A DNA stretch of 64,000 nt from Pseudomonas aeruginosa PAO1 (GCF_000006765.1 NC_002516.2); one strand, 5' to 3'. Shown: positions 18,352 to 29,224, counted from the stretch's first letter. Program-made: numbers and translations. Notes: a model not told the origin generated them from the sequence alone.

Positions 18352-18858
18352 ATGTCTCGTCGCCCGATCCCGCCAGCCAGGGCGCTGGCCATGCTCGCCG
18401 TCCTGGCGCTGCTGGCCGGCTGTTCCACGCTGTCGCCGTATTCCAGACTGACCAAGCTCGACCTCGCCCTGAGCGCCGGCGAGCGGGTCAATCCCGACCT
18501 CAATGGCCGGCCGTCGCCGGTGGTAGTGCGGCTGTTCGAGCTGAAACACCCGGTGGCGTTCGAGAACGCCGACTTCTTCAGCCTCTACGAACGTCCCAAG
18601 GAGACCCTGGACCCCGACCTGGTGACCAGCGAGGAGCTGGAGCTGCGTCCCGGCGAGCGGGTCGAACTCAAGCTCAGCGTGGAGGAGGGGAGCCGCTACG
18701 TGGGCGTGCTCGCCGCCTACCGCGATCTCGGCGAGGCAAGCTGGCGCTACGTGGTGCCGGTCACGGCGAAAGAGCTGACCCGGGTAGAGCTGAAGCTGGG
18801 CCAGAAGGGCATCCTGAATGCCGGCGAATTGCTCGGCAAGGCGGGTGACGCGCGATGA
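18352..18858 (+). CDS. tssJ2: T6SS outer-membrane lipoprotein TssJ (Lip2)
   Basis: LAGC lipobox, NPDLNGRPSPVVVRLFEL and GVLAAYRDL motifs. Confidence 0.92.
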   Translation: MSRRPIPPARALAMLAVLALLAGCSTLSPYSRLTKLDLALSAGERVNPDLNGRPSPVVVRLFELKHPVAFENADFFSLYERPKETLDPDLVTSEELELRPGERVELKLSVEEGSRYVGVLAAYRDLGEASWRYVVPVTAKELTRVELKLGQKGILNAGELLGKAGDAR

Positions 18859-20186
18859 ACGTGCACAAGATCGTCTGGCAGGAAGGCATGCTGCTGCGCC
18901 CGCAGCACCTGCAACACAACGACCGCTACTACGACAACCAGATGAAGGCCCGGACCCAGTTGCTGGGCAGCTACAACTGGGGCTTCCTCGCCCTGGAGCT
19001 GGACCGCCAGTTCCTCAACATGGGCAAGCTGGTGATCAGCCAGGCCTCCGGCGTATTGCCCGACGGCAGCCTGTTCGAACTCGGCGGCAACACCGAGCCG
19101 CTCGCCCTCGACGTGCCGCCCAATACCTCGAACGTGCCGATCTACCTGGCCCTGCCGCTGGTCACCGGCAACCACATCGAGGCGCGCCGGCCGGAGCAGG
19201 CCGAGGTCCTGGCGCGCTATACCGCCTATGACCTGGAGGTGGCGGACTCCAACGCCGGCGAGGATTCCATGGTGCAGGTCAGCTGCGCGCGGCCGGATTT
19301 TCGCCTGCTGCTCGGCGAGCAGCAGAGCGACCAGGCCTACGTCAAACTGAAGGTGGCGGTGGTGCTGGATTCCACGCCGGACGGGGTGATCAGCCTCGAC
19401 CCCGACTTCGTGCCGAGCTACCTCCACGCCCACGCATCCGCCTACCTGCTGTCCTGCCTGAAGGAGGTGATCAGCATGCTCGGCCATCGCGGCGACACCA
19501 TCGCCGAGCGTATCCGGTCCAATGGCAAGGTCGGCGGCGCGGAGGTTGGCGATTTCATGATGCTGCAACTGATCAATCGCACCGAGTTGCTGCTGCGCCA
19601 CTACCTGGGATTGGAGCAGGTGCATCCGGAGCAGTTGTACCGGGTGCTGCTGACCATGCTCGGCGACCTCGCCACCTTCGGCAGCGAGAGCAAGCGTCCG
19701 CGCCTGGACAGCCGTTACCAGCACAGCGACCAGGGCGCCAGCTTCCGCAGGCTGATGGAGGCGATCCGCCAGGTCCTGTCGATGGTGCTCGAGCAGCATG
19801 CCATCGAACTGCCTCTCCAGGCCCGCCAGTACGGCATCCTGGTCTCGCCCCTGCACGACCACAAGCTGCTCGGCAGCGCCTCGTTCGTGCTCGCCGCCAG
19901 TGCCAATTGCGAGTCGGAGGAACTGCGCCAGCGGCTGCCCGCGCATCTCAAGGTGGGTGCGGTCGAGCACATTCGCCAACTGGTCAACCTGCACCTGCCG
20001 GGGATCCGGGTCAAGCCGCTGCCGGTGGCGCCGCGGCAGATCCCGTTCCACTCCAACAAGACCTATTTCATTCTCGAACCCAACGCCGAGGACATGGCCC
20101 AGCTGGAGCGCTCCGGCGGTTTCGCGTTCCACGTATCCGGCGAGTTCTCCGAGCTTGAACTGAAATTCTGGGCCATCAGGAACTGA
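18855..20186 (+). CDS. tssK2: T6SS baseplate TssK (HsiJ2)
   Basis: 443 aa. VWQEGMLLRPQHLQ and LELKFWAIR motifs. Confidence 0.95.
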   Translation: MNVHKIVWQEGMLLRPQHLQHNDRYYDNQMKARTQLLGSYNWGFLALELDRQFLNMGKLVISQASGVLPDGSLFELGGNTEPLALDVPPNTSNVPIYLALPLVTGNHIEARRPEQAEVLARYTAYDLEVADSNAGEDSMVQVSCARPDFRLLLGEQQSDQAYVKLKVAVVLDSTPDGVISLDPDFVPSYLHAHASAYLLSCLKEVISMLGHRGDTIAERIRSNGKVGGAEVGDFMMLQLINRTELLLRHYLGLEQVHPEQLYRVLLTMLGDLATFGSESKRPRLDSRYQHSDQGASFRRLMEAIRQVLSMVLEQHAIELPLQARQYGILVSPLHDHKLLGSASFVLAASANCESEELRQRLPAHLKVGAVEHIRQLVNLHLPGIRVKPLPVAPRQIPFHSNKTYFILEPNAEDMAQLERSGGFAFHVSGEFSELELKFWAIRN

Positions 20187-20188
20187 AC

Positions 20189-21058
20189 ATGATCAAGGAA
20201 AGGGAATACCACGAGGACGAGAAGACCGTCCTCCTCGATCACCAGGGACAGGTACCGGCCCAGGGGCCGCTGACCGATTTCGCCGAACCGCCGCGCTTCG
20301 AACAGCTCGAGGAGCGGATGATCTACGCGGCGCGCCTGCGTCCGGGCGAGGCCTTCAACGTCAGCCTGAACCCGCTGGTGGCGGCGGCTTCCGAACTGCT
20401 TTCGGAAGTGGTCCGGCTCAAGCACAGCACCGTGCTGGAGAACCTTGCGGCGCTCAAGGAGCGGTTGACCTCCGCCATGAAGCTCTTCGAATTCCGCGCC
20501 GTGCAGGATGGCGTGGAAAACAGCCAGGTCATGGCGGCGCGCTACGTGCTGTGCACGGTGGTCGACGAGGCGGTGGTGACCACCCCGTGGGGCAACGAAA
20601 GCGAATGGTCGAAGATCAGCCTGCTGAGCAGCTTCCATAACGAGACCTTCGGCGGCGAGAAGTTCTTCCAGTTGCTCGACCGGCTGTCGAAGAACCCGGT
20701 CAAGCACCTGCCGATGCTGGAGCTGATGTACCTCTGCCTGGCCCTCGGCTTCGAGGGCAAGTACCGGGTGATGGCTCGCGGCGTGCTCGACCTGGACGGT
20801 ATTTCCGATGCGCTCTACCGGCAGATCCGCCAGTTGCGCGGCGACGTGCCGCGCGAACTGTCGCCGCACTGGCAGGGGCTCAGCGACCAGCGTCGCGGCC
20901 TGGTGCGGATCGTGCCCTGGTGGATGGTGGCGCTGTTCACCCTGGTCTGCCTGGTGGTGATGTATTCGGGATTCGCCTGGGTTCTCGGCGAACAACGCGA
21001 CACGGTGCTGCAGCCTTACCAGTCGCTCGATGCGGCGGCAGGACAGCCCGGTTCGTAA
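20189..21058 (+). CDS. tssL2: T6SS membrane protein TssL (DotU2)
   Basis: 289 aa. ARYVLCTVVDE, GGEKFF and LALGFEGKY motifs with a single C-terminal TM. Confidence 0.95.
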   Translation: MIKEREYHEDEKTVLLDHQGQVPAQGPLTDFAEPPRFEQLEERMIYAARLRPGEAFNVSLNPLVAAASELLSEVVRLKHSTVLENLAALKERLTSAMKLFEFRAVQDGVENSQVMAARYVLCTVVDEAVVTTPWGNESEWSKISLLSSFHNETFGGEKFFQLLDRLSKNPVKHLPMLELMYLCLALGFEGKYRVMARGVLDLDGISDALYRQIRQLRGDVPRELSPHWQGLSDQRRGLVRIVPWWMVALFTLVCLVVMYSGFAWVLGEQRDTVLQPYQSLDAAAGQPGS

Positions 21059-21073
21059 ACACAGGGACGCGAA

Positions 21074-24000
21074 ATGAAAAACTTCTTCAAGAAAGTCGGC
21101 GCCTTCCTGCGCAAGACGTGGGTCTGGACGCTGTTGCTGGTACTCCTGGCGGCATTGCTGGTGTGGTTCGTCGGGCCGCTGCTGGCGGTCGCCGACTACA
21201 AGTTCTGGGAAAGCCCGACCTCGCGGTTGCTGAGCATCAGCCTGATGTTCCTGGTCTGGGGGCTGGCGATGGTCTTCGTCAGCTGGCGCGCCGGAGTGCG
21301 GCGCAAGGCCGTCGAGGACAGCGACGAGGGCCAGGAGCGCCTGCGCCGCGACGGTCTGATCGAAGACGAACAGAAGGAATTGCGCAGCCGCTTCAAGGAC
21401 GCCTTGCGCACCCTGAAGACCTCCAGCCTGTACCGCGGCCGCAGCGAGCGCTGGCGCAACGAGCTGCCCTGGTACCTGCTGATCGGCCCGCAGGGAAGCG
21501 GCAAGACCAGCCTGCTGGACTTTTCCGGACTGGAATTCCCGATCAACCGGATCGACCGCAAGCTGACCCGCGACACCGCCGGCACGCGCTACTGCGACTG
21601 GTACTTCGCCGACCACGGCGTCCTGATCGACACCGCCGGGCGCTACCTGACCCAAGCCGACGGCGAGGTCGACGGGGGCGCCTGGGCGACCCTGCTCGGC
21701 CTGTTGCGCAAGCGCCGCCGCGCACGGCCGCTGAATGGAGTGATGGTGTCGATTCCGGTGGAAACGTTGCTCAGCGACGACGAGATGGCGCTGGATACGC
21801 TGGCTCGCCAGGTGCGCGCGCGCCTGCAGGAAATCCAGCAGACCCTGCACCTCGATCTGCCGGTCTACCTGGTGCTGAGCAAGGCCGACCAGTTGCTCGG
21901 CTTCGACGAGTTCTTCGACCAGTTGAGCCGCGAGGAGAGCGACCAGGTTCTGGGCACCAGCTTCGGCAAGGAGCAGAACGGCACCGATGTGACGGTTCTG
22001 CGCCAGGCGTTCGAGGACCTTCTGCGACGTCTGAACAGCCAGGTGATCATGCGCATCCACCAGGAGCGCGATACCCTGCGTCGCGGTCGCATCCTCGACT
22101 TCCCGCACCAGCTTGGCCAGATCGGCGAGCGGTTGTGCCTGTTCGTCGAACTCGCCTTCACTGGCAATCGCTACCAGCGCGCCAGCCGCCTGCGCGGCTT
22201 CTACCTGACCAGCGCGCCGCACCTGGCCCAGCAGCTGGATGAAGACACCGCCGGCATCGGCGCCAACCTGGGGATCGCCAGCGGCCTGTTGCCGACCCTG
22301 CGCAACGGGCGCTCGCGCTTCATCCATCACCTGCTGAGCCAGGTGATCTTCCCCGAGGCCAACCTGGCAGGTCTCGATCGCCGCGAACGCACGCGCATCC
22401 ACTGGGGCCAGCGCGCCCTGTACGTCGGTTCGCTGGCGCTCCTTCTGCTATTCGGCCTGCTCTGGGCTGGCGGTTTCTCGGCCAACCACGAGCGCCTGGA
22501 GCGGCTACGCGAGCTGGCGCAGCAATGGACCCAGCAGCGCCAGGCGCTTGGCGAGCGCGATGACGCCATGGCGGCGCTGAAGACGCTGGATAGCAGCTAT
22601 GCGGCGACCACCGTGTTTCCGCCCAAAGGGGAAGTCTCGCTGCACGAGCGCGCCGGGCTGTACCAGGGCAACGAGGTCAACCCGCCGCTGGCCGCGGCCT
22701 ATCGCCGCGAGCTGGAGACGCAACTGCTGCCGCGCGTGGCGCGGATGCTCGAAGCGCAGATCCGCGGCAACATGCAGAATCGCGAACGCCTGCTCAACAG
22801 CCTGCGGGCCTACCTGATGCTGAATCTGCGCGAGCGCCGCGAGAACGGATGGCTCAAGGACTGGGTGGCTACCGACTGGTCGCAGCGCTATGCCGGCAAC
22901 GGCACCGTGCAGAATGGCCTGAACACGCATTTCGCCCGTCTGCTCGAGCAACCGTTCAGCTATCCGCTGAACGAGACCCTGGTGGCCCAGGCACGCCAGG
23001 TGCTGCGCAGCGAGTCCCTGGCCAACGTGGTCTACCGGGTGCTGCGCGAACAGGCGCGAAGCCTGCCCGAGTATCGCTTCGGCCAGCACCTGGGGCCGCA
23101 GGCCGGTCTGTTCGTCGGCACCGACTACGTGATCCCGGGCTTCTACACCCAGCAGGGCTACCAGCAGTACTTCGTGGTCCAGGGCGCCAGCCTGGTCAAC
23201 GACATCCTTCGCGACAACTGGGTCCTGGGCGAGGGCAGCGGGATCAGCGACATGGACCTGCGGCGCCTGATGGTCGAACTCGAGCAGTTGTATTTCCGCG
23301 ACTACGCGAACTTCTGGAGCGAGGCGGTCGGACGCCTGGGCCTGCTGCCGTTCAACGATGCCGGCGAGGGCGCCGACCAGGTTTCCGGGCTGCTCGCCGC
23401 CAACTCGCCGATCCTCCAGTTGTTGCTGGAGGTCCGTGAGAACACCCGTTTCCCGGTCCTGGCGGAGAGCGCCGAGGCGCTGGCAGAGGCCAGCGACAAG
23501 GCCGCGGAAAAGGGCGGCAAGCTGGGCAAGGCGGCCGCCGCGGCGGCCGGCAAGGCCAGGGACGCGTTGGCGAAGAACCTGCCGGATACCGCGAAGAAGT
23601 CCCTGCAACGCCGCTTCGAGCCCCTGCATCGCCTGCTCGACGATAACAACGGCCCGGCGGCCGACCTCACCCCGCTGTTGCAGGCGCTCAACGAGTTGCA
23701 GTTGCAACTCGCCGGACTGGCGCGCGCCAGCCAGCCGGAGCAGGCGGCTTTCGACATGGCGAAGAGCCGCATGGGCGGCCAGCGCGATGCCCTGAGCAAC
23801 CTGCGCAACGCCTCCGCGCGACTGCCGCGACCGCTCGGCGGATGGTTCAGCGTGCTGGCCGAAGACGCCTGGCGGCTGGTCCTCGGCGATGCCTACCTGT
23901 ATCTCAACCAGCGCTACCAGAGCGAGCTGTACGGTTTCTACAGCAAGGCGATCAACAAGCGCTACCCGTTCAACGCGCACAGCGCCAGCGATGTCGCGGT

Positions 24001-24601
24001 CAGCGATTTCCGCGAGTTCTTCAAGGCGCAGGGCGTCGCCGAACGCTTCTTCGAAACCTACATGCGGCCCTTCGTCAGCGGCGACCCGGGCAGTTACCGC
24101 CTGCGCAGCGTGGACGGTTACAGCCTGCCGATGTCCAAGGTCTATCTCGACCAGATGGGCACGGCCCAGCTGATCCGCCAGAGCTTCTTCGCCGAGAACC
24201 CGGCCGAGCCACAGGTGCGCTTCCGCCTGGAGCCCTATACCCTCGATCCTGGCGTCAGCCGCGCCGAGTTCCGTTTCGACGGTCAGTCCATGGAGTACCG
24301 CCACGGCCCGATCGTGCCGATGTCGTTCAAGTGGCCCAGCGACGCCGACGGCGGCCGCACCAGCCTGGTGCTGGAGAAGATGGCCGGACGACCGGTGGGA
24401 ATCGAACGCAATACCGGGCCCTGGTCGCTGTTCAGGCTGTTCGACCTGATGCAGACCGAGTACCTCAGCGGGCGTGACGTGATGGTGCTCAAGGCCGACC
24501 TGGGCGGCCTGCGCGCCAACTACCTGCTGCTCGCCCAGCGCACGCCGAATCCGTTCGATCTCGCGGTCCTGCGCAGCTTCCGCATGCCGGTGCAGCTCTG
24601 A
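21074..24601 (+). CDS. tssM2: T6SS membrane protein TssM (IcmF2)
   Basis: 1175 aa. Walker A GPQGSGKT, IDTAGRY, LRGFYLTSA and GPWSLFRL motifs. Confidence 0.96.
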   Translation: MKNFFKKVGAFLRKTWVWTLLLVLLAALLVWFVGPLLAVADYKFWESPTSRLLSISLMFLVWGLAMVFVSWRAGVRRKAVEDSDEGQERLRRDGLIEDEQKELRSRFKDALRTLKTSSLYRGRSERWRNELPWYLLIGPQGSGKTSLLDFSGLEFPINRIDRKLTRDTAGTRYCDWYFADHGVLIDTAGRYLTQADGEVDGGAWATLLGLLRKRRRARPLNGVMVSIPVETLLSDDEMALDTLARQVRARLQEIQQTLHLDLPVYLVLSKADQLLGFDEFFDQLSREESDQVLGTSFGKEQNGTDVTVLRQAFEDLLRRLNSQVIMRIHQERDTLRRGRILDFPHQLGQIGERLCLFVELAFTGNRYQRASRLRGFYLTSAPHLAQQLDEDTAGIGANLGIASGLLPTLRNGRSRFIHHLLSQVIFPEANLAGLDRRERTRIHWGQRALYVGSLALLLLFGLLWAGGFSANHERLERLRELAQQWTQQRQALGERDDAMAALKTLDSSYAATTVFPPKGEVSLHERAGLYQGNEVNPPLAAAYRRELETQLLPRVARMLEAQIRGNMQNRERLLNSLRAYLMLNLRERRENGWLKDWVATDWSQRYAGNGTVQNGLNTHFARLLEQPFSYPLNETLVAQARQVLRSESLANVVYRVLREQARSLPEYRFGQHLGPQAGLFVGTDYVIPGFYTQQGYQQYFVVQGASLVNDILRDNWVLGEGSGISDMDLRRLMVELEQLYFRDYANFWSEAVGRLGLLPFNDAGEGADQVSGLLAANSPILQLLLEVRENTRFPVLAESAEALAEASDKAAEKGGKLGKAAAAAAGKARDALAKNLPDTAKKSLQRRFEPLHRLLDDNNGPAADLTPLLQALNELQLQLAGLARASQPEQAAFDMAKSRMGGQRDALSNLRNASARLPRPLGGWFSVLAEDAWRLVLGDAYLYLNQRYQSELYGFYSKAINKRYPFNAHSASDVAVSDFREFFKAQGVAERFFETYMRPFVSGDPGSYRLRSVDGYSLPMSKVYLDQMGTAQLIRQSFFAENPAEPQVRFRLEPYTLDPGVSRAEFRFDGQSMEYRHGPIVPMSFKWPSDADGGRTSLVLEKMAGRPVGIERNTGPWSLFRLFDLMQTEYLSGRDVMVLKADLGGLRANYLLLAQRTPNPFDLAVLRSFRMPVQL

Positions 24602-25329
24602 TGCAACGCACCGAGCCCTGGCGCAGCGCGGCACGCACGGATCGCGGCAAGGTCCGCGCGCGCAACGAGGATGCCTTCCTGGACTGCCCGGATCGCGGGC
24701 TCTGGGCGGTCGCCGATGGCATGGGCGGGCACCAGGCCGGCGACCTGGCCAGCCGGATGATCGTCACCAGCCTGGCGGAACTGCCGGCCCGGGCGGGATT
24801 CGACGAGCGCCTGAACGCGATGCGCCAGTGCCTGCACTGGCTCAACCGGCGCCTGGGCGAGGAACTCACCCTCAGCGCCGAACGCGGCGACAGGATCATC
24901 GGCAGTACGGTGGTGGCGCTGGTCGTGGAGGGTTCGCGGGCGGCCTGCGTGTGGGTCGGCGACAGCCGCTGCTACCTGTGGCGCGGCCAGCGGCTGTACC
25001 AGCTGTCCCGCGACCACTCGCTGTTGCAGCGACTGGTCGACGAACGGCGGATGGATATCGAGCAGGCCCGCGCCTATCCCTCGGCGCGCGCGCTGACACG
25101 TGCCGTCGGCGCCAGCGAACAACTGGTGCTGGACGTGTTGGAACTGGAGGTGCATCCCGGGGATGTCTTCCTGCTCTGCAGCGACGGGCTCTACGAAGAG
25201 CTGAGCGCCGATGCGCTGGGTCGCGCGTTGAGCCTGGCATCGCCGCAGGTGGCGGTGGAGCGGCTGTTCGACGGTGCCCTGAGCGGCGCCGCACGGGACA
25301 ACCTGACGGCCGTGGTGATCCGCCAATGA
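24601..25329 (+). CDS. stp1: PP2C-family Ser/Thr phosphatase Stp1
   Basis: 242 aa. RNEDAF, VADGMGGH, VGDSR, LCSDGL and DNLT motifs. Confidence 0.94.
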   Translation: MQRTEPWRSAARTDRGKVRARNEDAFLDCPDRGLWAVADGMGGHQAGDLASRMIVTSLAELPARAGFDERLNAMRQCLHWLNRRLGEELTLSAERGDRIIGSTVVALVVEGSRAACVWVGDSRCYLWRGQRLYQLSRDHSLLQRLVDERRMDIEQARAYPSARALTRAVGASEQLVLDVLELEVHPGDVFLLCSDGLYEELSADALGRALSLASPQVAVERLFDGALSGAARDNLTAVVIRQ

Positions 25330-26315
25330 ACGAACCGCTGTCGTCGCTGGAGCTGCTGCCGGAGGAGGAGGGCGGCGCGAACCTGACCTATTTCGCCTTC
25401 GCCGCCCCGACCGCCTCGGCGCCGGACCTGCCGGCGGTGTTGCCCGGTCCGCTGCCGGACGTTCTTTCCGGGCGCTACCGTCTGGAGCGGATGCTCGGCG
25501 CCGGCGGCATGGGGACGGTCTACCGTGCCCGGGACCTGCTCCATGAGCAGTTCGGCGACCCGGCGCCGCTGGTAGCGCTGAAGCTGCTCAACGAGTCGGT
25601 CGCCGAGTCACCCGACGCCAGCGCCTTGCTCTATAGCGAGTTCGCCCTGACCCGGCGCTTGCGCCATCCGAACGTCGTGCGTCTGTTCACCTTCGACGTC
25701 GACACCGCATGCCAGCGCGCCTACATCGTCATGGAACTCATGCCTGGCCTGCCGCTCGACCGCCTGCTCTGCGAGCGTCCCGAAGGCCTGCCCTGGTCCG
25801 AGCTGAGCGCGATCGCCCGGCCGTTGCTGGATGTTCTGGCCTACGTCCACGAACAAGGAGTACTGCATGGCGACCTGAAGCCGAGCAACGTGATGCTCGG
25901 CGAAGAGGGCGTGCGGCTCTTCGACTTCGGCCTCGGCCAGGCGCAGGCAGGCATCCTGGATGGCCTGCCGCAGCTCAGCCGGGGCCGCATCGACGCCTGG
26001 ACTCCGGGCTACGCCGCTCCCGAACTGCTCGAGGGTGCGCCATTGTCGCCGGCGGCCGACCTGTATGCGCTGGCCTGCGTCCTCTACGAACTGGCCGATG
26101 GTCGCCATCCGTTCCGCCGCCTGCCCTCGAACCAGGCCCGGGAGCAGGGGCTGGAGCGCCAGCTGCGCGCGCCCAGACACCTGCCTCGGCGCTGCTGGCC
26201 GGCGCTGCGTACCGCCCTGAGCCTCGACCCCGAACGGCGCTGCATCGGCGTCCGCGAATTGCAGGAAGCGCTGGGCGCGCGGCGTTCCTGGCTGGCCGGC
26301 GTTCTTGCCCGTTGA
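25326..26315 (+). CDS. stk1: Hanks-type Ser/Thr kinase Stk1
   Basis: ATG 25326 overlaps the stp1 stop, 329 aa. GAGGMG, VALK, HGDLKPSN, DFG and APE motifs. Confidence 0.94.
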   Translation: MNEPLSSLELLPEEEGGANLTYFAFAAPTASAPDLPAVLPGPLPDVLSGRYRLERMLGAGGMGTVYRARDLLHEQFGDPAPLVALKLLNESVAESPDASALLYSEFALTRRLRHPNVVRLFTFDVDTACQRAYIVMELMPGLPLDRLLCERPEGLPWSELSAIARPLLDVLAYVHEQGVLHGDLKPSNVMLGEEGVRLFDFGLGQAQAGILDGLPQLSRGRIDAWTPGYAAPELLEGAPLSPAADLYALACVLYELADGRHPFRRLPSNQAREQGLERQLRAPRHLPRRCWPALRTALSLDPERRCIGVRELQEALGARRSWLAGVLAR

Positions 26316-26342
26316 GCCGGCGGCGCTCGGTTTGCAGGACCT

Positions 26343-26723
26343 CTACGGCCGCTCTCCGCAAGCGCTCTGCAGGGCGATACGATTGCCTTCGCTGTCCCTG
26401 ATCTCGGCGATGAACACGCCGTCGCCAAGCGGCGTCTTCGGGAAGAGGATTTCGCTGCCTTCGCCGAGGGCCCGGGCAATGACGGCATCCAGGTCCGCGA
26501 CATTCAGGTAGATGATCGCCCCATGTAGCGTAGGCACGTAGACGTCGCCCTCGGCGAGTGCGCCGCTGGCACCGTCACGGCCTTCCTCGAAGGGGAAATG
26601 CGCCATTCTGCTTCCGTGCAGGGTGGCTACCTCGCCGAACGCCACTCCGAACACCGAGGCGTAGAAACGCATCGCCCTCTCCAGGTCGGACACCGGTATT
26701 TCCACGTGCGCGATCAGGTTCAT
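26343..26723 (-). CDS. VOC/glyoxalase-family protein
   Basis: 126 aa. HVEIPVSDLERAMRFY and DSEGNRIAL motifs. Confidence 0.88.
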   Translation of the reverse strand: MNLIAHVEIPVSDLERAMRFYASVFGVAFGEVATLHGSRMAHFPFEEGRDGASGALAEGDVYVPTLHGAIIYLNVADLDAVIARALGEGSEILFPKTPLGDGVFIAEIRDSEGNRIALQSACGERP

Positions 26724-26874
26724 TTCCTTCCTGTCCTGTCGGGACCACTGGTGACGCTGCTTTCCGGCGACGATGGCCGATGTTCAGCCGCGCGAAACCG
26801 AGCGGATCGAGCGGGCATGCCGCCGCGAGGGGGGCGAATGAATTCATGCGAAATTCATTAACATCTTGTCCCGC

Positions 26875-26888
26875 TTGATCGGCGTCAA
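26875..26888. promoter_or_regulatory. Anr box upstream of the hemerythrin gene
   Basis: TTGAT-CGGC-GTCAA, one mismatch to consensus, about 80 bp before the ATG. mhr is known to be Anr-regulated. Confidence 0.75.
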
Positions 26889-26968
26889 TACCCGTACTGC
26901 GTCACAAAAATACCCTGGCCCCAGGCCGTTCGGAAAGGCCGTTCGCTGTTCGCTTGGGGGAAGTCATC

Positions 26969-27430
26969 ATGGCGCATCTGGTCTGGCAGGATGACCTGAA
27001 TACCGGTATTCAGGTCATCGACAATCAACACAAACGCATCGTCGAGATGATCAATCACCTGCACGACGCCCAGCAAGGCAAGGAACACGCGGCGATCGCC
27101 GAGGTGATCGAGGAGCTGGTGGACTACACGCTGTCGCACTTCGCCTTCGAGGAAACCCTGATGGAGGACGCCGGCTACCAGTTTTCCCGGGCGCACAAGA
27201 AGATCCACGAGCTGTTCATCCGCCGGGTCTCCGAATACCGGGTGCGCTTCCAGGCCGGCGAGGATGTCGGCGACGAACTCAAGGGCTTGCTCTCGCGCTG
27301 GCTGTTCAACCACATCCGCAACGACGACGCCGGATATGTGGATGCGGTACGCCACAGCATGTCCGAACTGGTCAAGGACAAGAGCGAGGGCGGTTGGTTG
27401 TCGCGCTCGATGAAGCGCTTCTTCGGCTGA
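26969..27430 (+). CDS. mhr: Bacteriohemerythrin (microoxic hemerythrin Mhr)
   Basis: ATG 26969, 153 aa. Di-iron ligands in DNQHK, HFAFEE, HKKIH and NHIRNDD. Confidence 0.9.
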   Translation: MAHLVWQDDLNTGIQVIDNQHKRIVEMINHLHDAQQGKEHAAIAEVIEELVDYTLSHFAFEETLMEDAGYQFSRAHKKIHELFIRRVSEYRVRFQAGEDVGDELKGLLSRWLFNHIRNDDAGYVDAVRHSMSELVKDKSEGGWLSRSMKRFFG

Positions 27431-27451
27431 TCGCCGGGGAGGGAAACGCAA

Positions 27452-27478
27452 AACCGGCCCAGTGGGGCCGGTTCTTTC
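27452..27478. terminator. Intrinsic terminator between convergent mhr and folE2
   Basis: Hairpin AACCGGCCC-AGTG-GGGCCGGTT with an A-run before and CTTT after. Confidence 0.7.
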
Positions 27479-27494
27479 GCCAGCGGACCTGGCC

Positions 27495-28040
27495 TCAGCG
27501 GATCAGGCTGAGGAATTCGCTGCGGGTGGCTGCGTTGTCGCGGAATTCGCCGAGCATCACCGAAGTGACCATGGACGAGTTCTGCTTTTCCACGCCGCGC
27601 ATCATCATGCACATGTGCTGGGCCTGGATCACCACCGCGACGCCGAGGGCGCCGGTGACCTGCTGGACCGCCTCGGCGATCTGCCGGCTCATGTTCTCCT
27701 GGATCTGCAGGCGGCGGGCGTACATGTCGACGATCCGCGCGACCTTCGACAGGCCGAGCACCTTGCCGTTCGGGATATAGGCCACGTGGGCCTTGCCGAT
27801 GAAGGGCAGCAGGTGGTGCTCGCAGAGCGAGTACAGCTCGATGTCCTTGACCAATACCATTTCGCTGTTGTCGGAGCTGAACAGGGCACCGTTGACGACT
27901 TCTTCCAGGCTCTGTTGGTAGCCGCGGCACAGGTACTTCATGGCCTTGGCGGCACGCTTGGGCGTGTCCAGCAGACCTTCGCGGTTAACGTCCTCGCCGA
28001 GCTGGGTGAGGATCGAGGAGTAGTGTTGTTCCAGGGACAT
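27495..28040 (-). CDS. folE2: GTP cyclohydrolase I
   Basis: ATG 28040, 181 aa. [26 protein letters not shown] and HMCMMMRG motifs. Confidence 0.94.
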   Translation of the reverse strand: MSLEQHYSSILTQLGEDVNREGLLDTPKRAAKAMKYLCRGYQQSLEEVVNGALFSSDNSEMVLVKDIELYSLCEHHLLPFIGKAHVAYIPNGKVLGLSKVARIVDMYARRLQIQENMSRQIAEAVQQVTGALGVAVVIQAQHMCMMMRGVEKQNSSMVTSVMLGEFRDNAATRSEFLSLIR

Positions 28041-28117
28041 GGGCGTTCCAGTCAGACGATTACCAGCGCGGAGGGTAGGACGTCGCCGGGCCGCTGGCAA
28101 GACTCGGCGCTTGCCGG

Positions 28118-28675
28118 CTACTCGTCGCGGCCTTCGAGCATGGTCCTGCGCAGCATCACGTAGACCGAGCCGGTGCCGCCGTGGCGTGGCAGGCAGGAGG
28201 TGAAACCGAGCACCTGCGGGTGCTGGCGCAACCAGGTATTGACGTGGCTTTTCACCAGCGGGCTGCGTCCGTCCTTGCGCGCGGCCTTGCCATGGGTCAC
28301 GCGCACGCAGCGGATTTCCAGGCGGGTGGCCTCGGCAAGGAAGTCCCATAGCGTCTGCCGGGCCTTCTCCACGCTCATGCCGTGCAGGTCGAGGCTACCG
28401 TCGAAGGGCACCAGGCCCTGCTTGAGCTTGCGCAACTGGCTTTCCTGGACGCCGTCGCGGGCCCAGGACAGCTCGTCCTCGGGGCCGACGTCGATGACGA
28501 ACTGGTCGGACAGGCCATCGACGCGGATTTCGTCGTTGCGCACGCTGGCATTGAGCTGGCGCTGCTTGAGTTGCTGGCGGTCGTTGCGAGGTTTGCCGGT
28601 ATCGGCTCGATCGACCGAGATGCGCTTGACGCCGCGCATCTCGCTCTTGAACAGGGAAAAGTCGTCGTCTTGCAT
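28118..28675 (-). CDS. Smr-domain endonuclease (SmrB-like)
   Basis: 185 aa. N-terminal [19 protein letters not shown] and HGGTGSVYV motifs. Confidence 0.88.
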   Translation of the reverse strand: MQDDDFSLFKSEMRGVKRISVDRADTGKPRNDRQQLKQRQLNASVRNDEIRVDGLSDQFVIDVGPEDELSWARDGVQESQLRKLKQGLVPFDGSLDLHGMSVEKARQTLWDFLAEATRLEIRCVRVTHGKAARKDGRSPLVKSHVNTWLRQHPQVLGFTSCLPRHGGTGSVYVMLRRTMLEGRDE

Positions 28676-28731
28676 GGGAGCCTCCGCGAAGCGGCGCAGT
28701 TTACCGGATCGGCCGGACGCCGGCAGCCCGC

Positions 28732-29052
28732 TCAGTCGCGCTTTTTCATCAGGTTCGGCGACAGGCTCAGGTCGCTGTTGCGGCGGCTGCGGCGGCGGCT
28801 GAAACGCCAGAAGAACACGCCGAGGCAGAGCGACAGCAGGCCAAGGGCCAGCAAGACGCCGCCAGCGGCGGGTTCGATATGCAGCATGCCGACAGCCGGC
28901 TGGCGGCCGATCAAGGCCGAGGTGCCGGCCAGCGACAGCAGCACGCCCAGGCTCGCCACCAGGGCCGCGAACGCCGCCGCCAGGCGCCAGCGCCAGACTC
29001 TCGGCCGGCGCGGGCGCAGCCGGCGCGCATCGAAACTATCGGACAACTTCAT
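28732..29052 (-). CDS. Small two-TM membrane protein (106 aa)
   Basis: ATG 29052 (MKLSDSFDARRLRPRRP), two hydrophobic helices and basic termini. Confidence 0.7.
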   Translation of the reverse strand: MKLSDSFDARRLRPRRPRVWRWRLAAAFAALVASLGVLLSLAGTSALIGRQPAVGMLHIEPAAGGVLLALGLLSLCLGVFFWRFSRRRSRRNSDLSLSPNLMKKRD

Positions 29053-29224
29053 CCCGACTTCCTCGTGTGTCATCGGGGCTAGGACCGGAACCTTCCGGCC
29101 GGGTTCCCGGATTCCCGGGAGCCGTGGGCAAACCGTGCGCCACTCGTCTTCTCGCCGCAAGCCATGGCCCTGCAGGCAGACTAGTCCTCCGCAGGGCGGG
29201 ACGGGAGGGCGGCTGGATGGGCGG

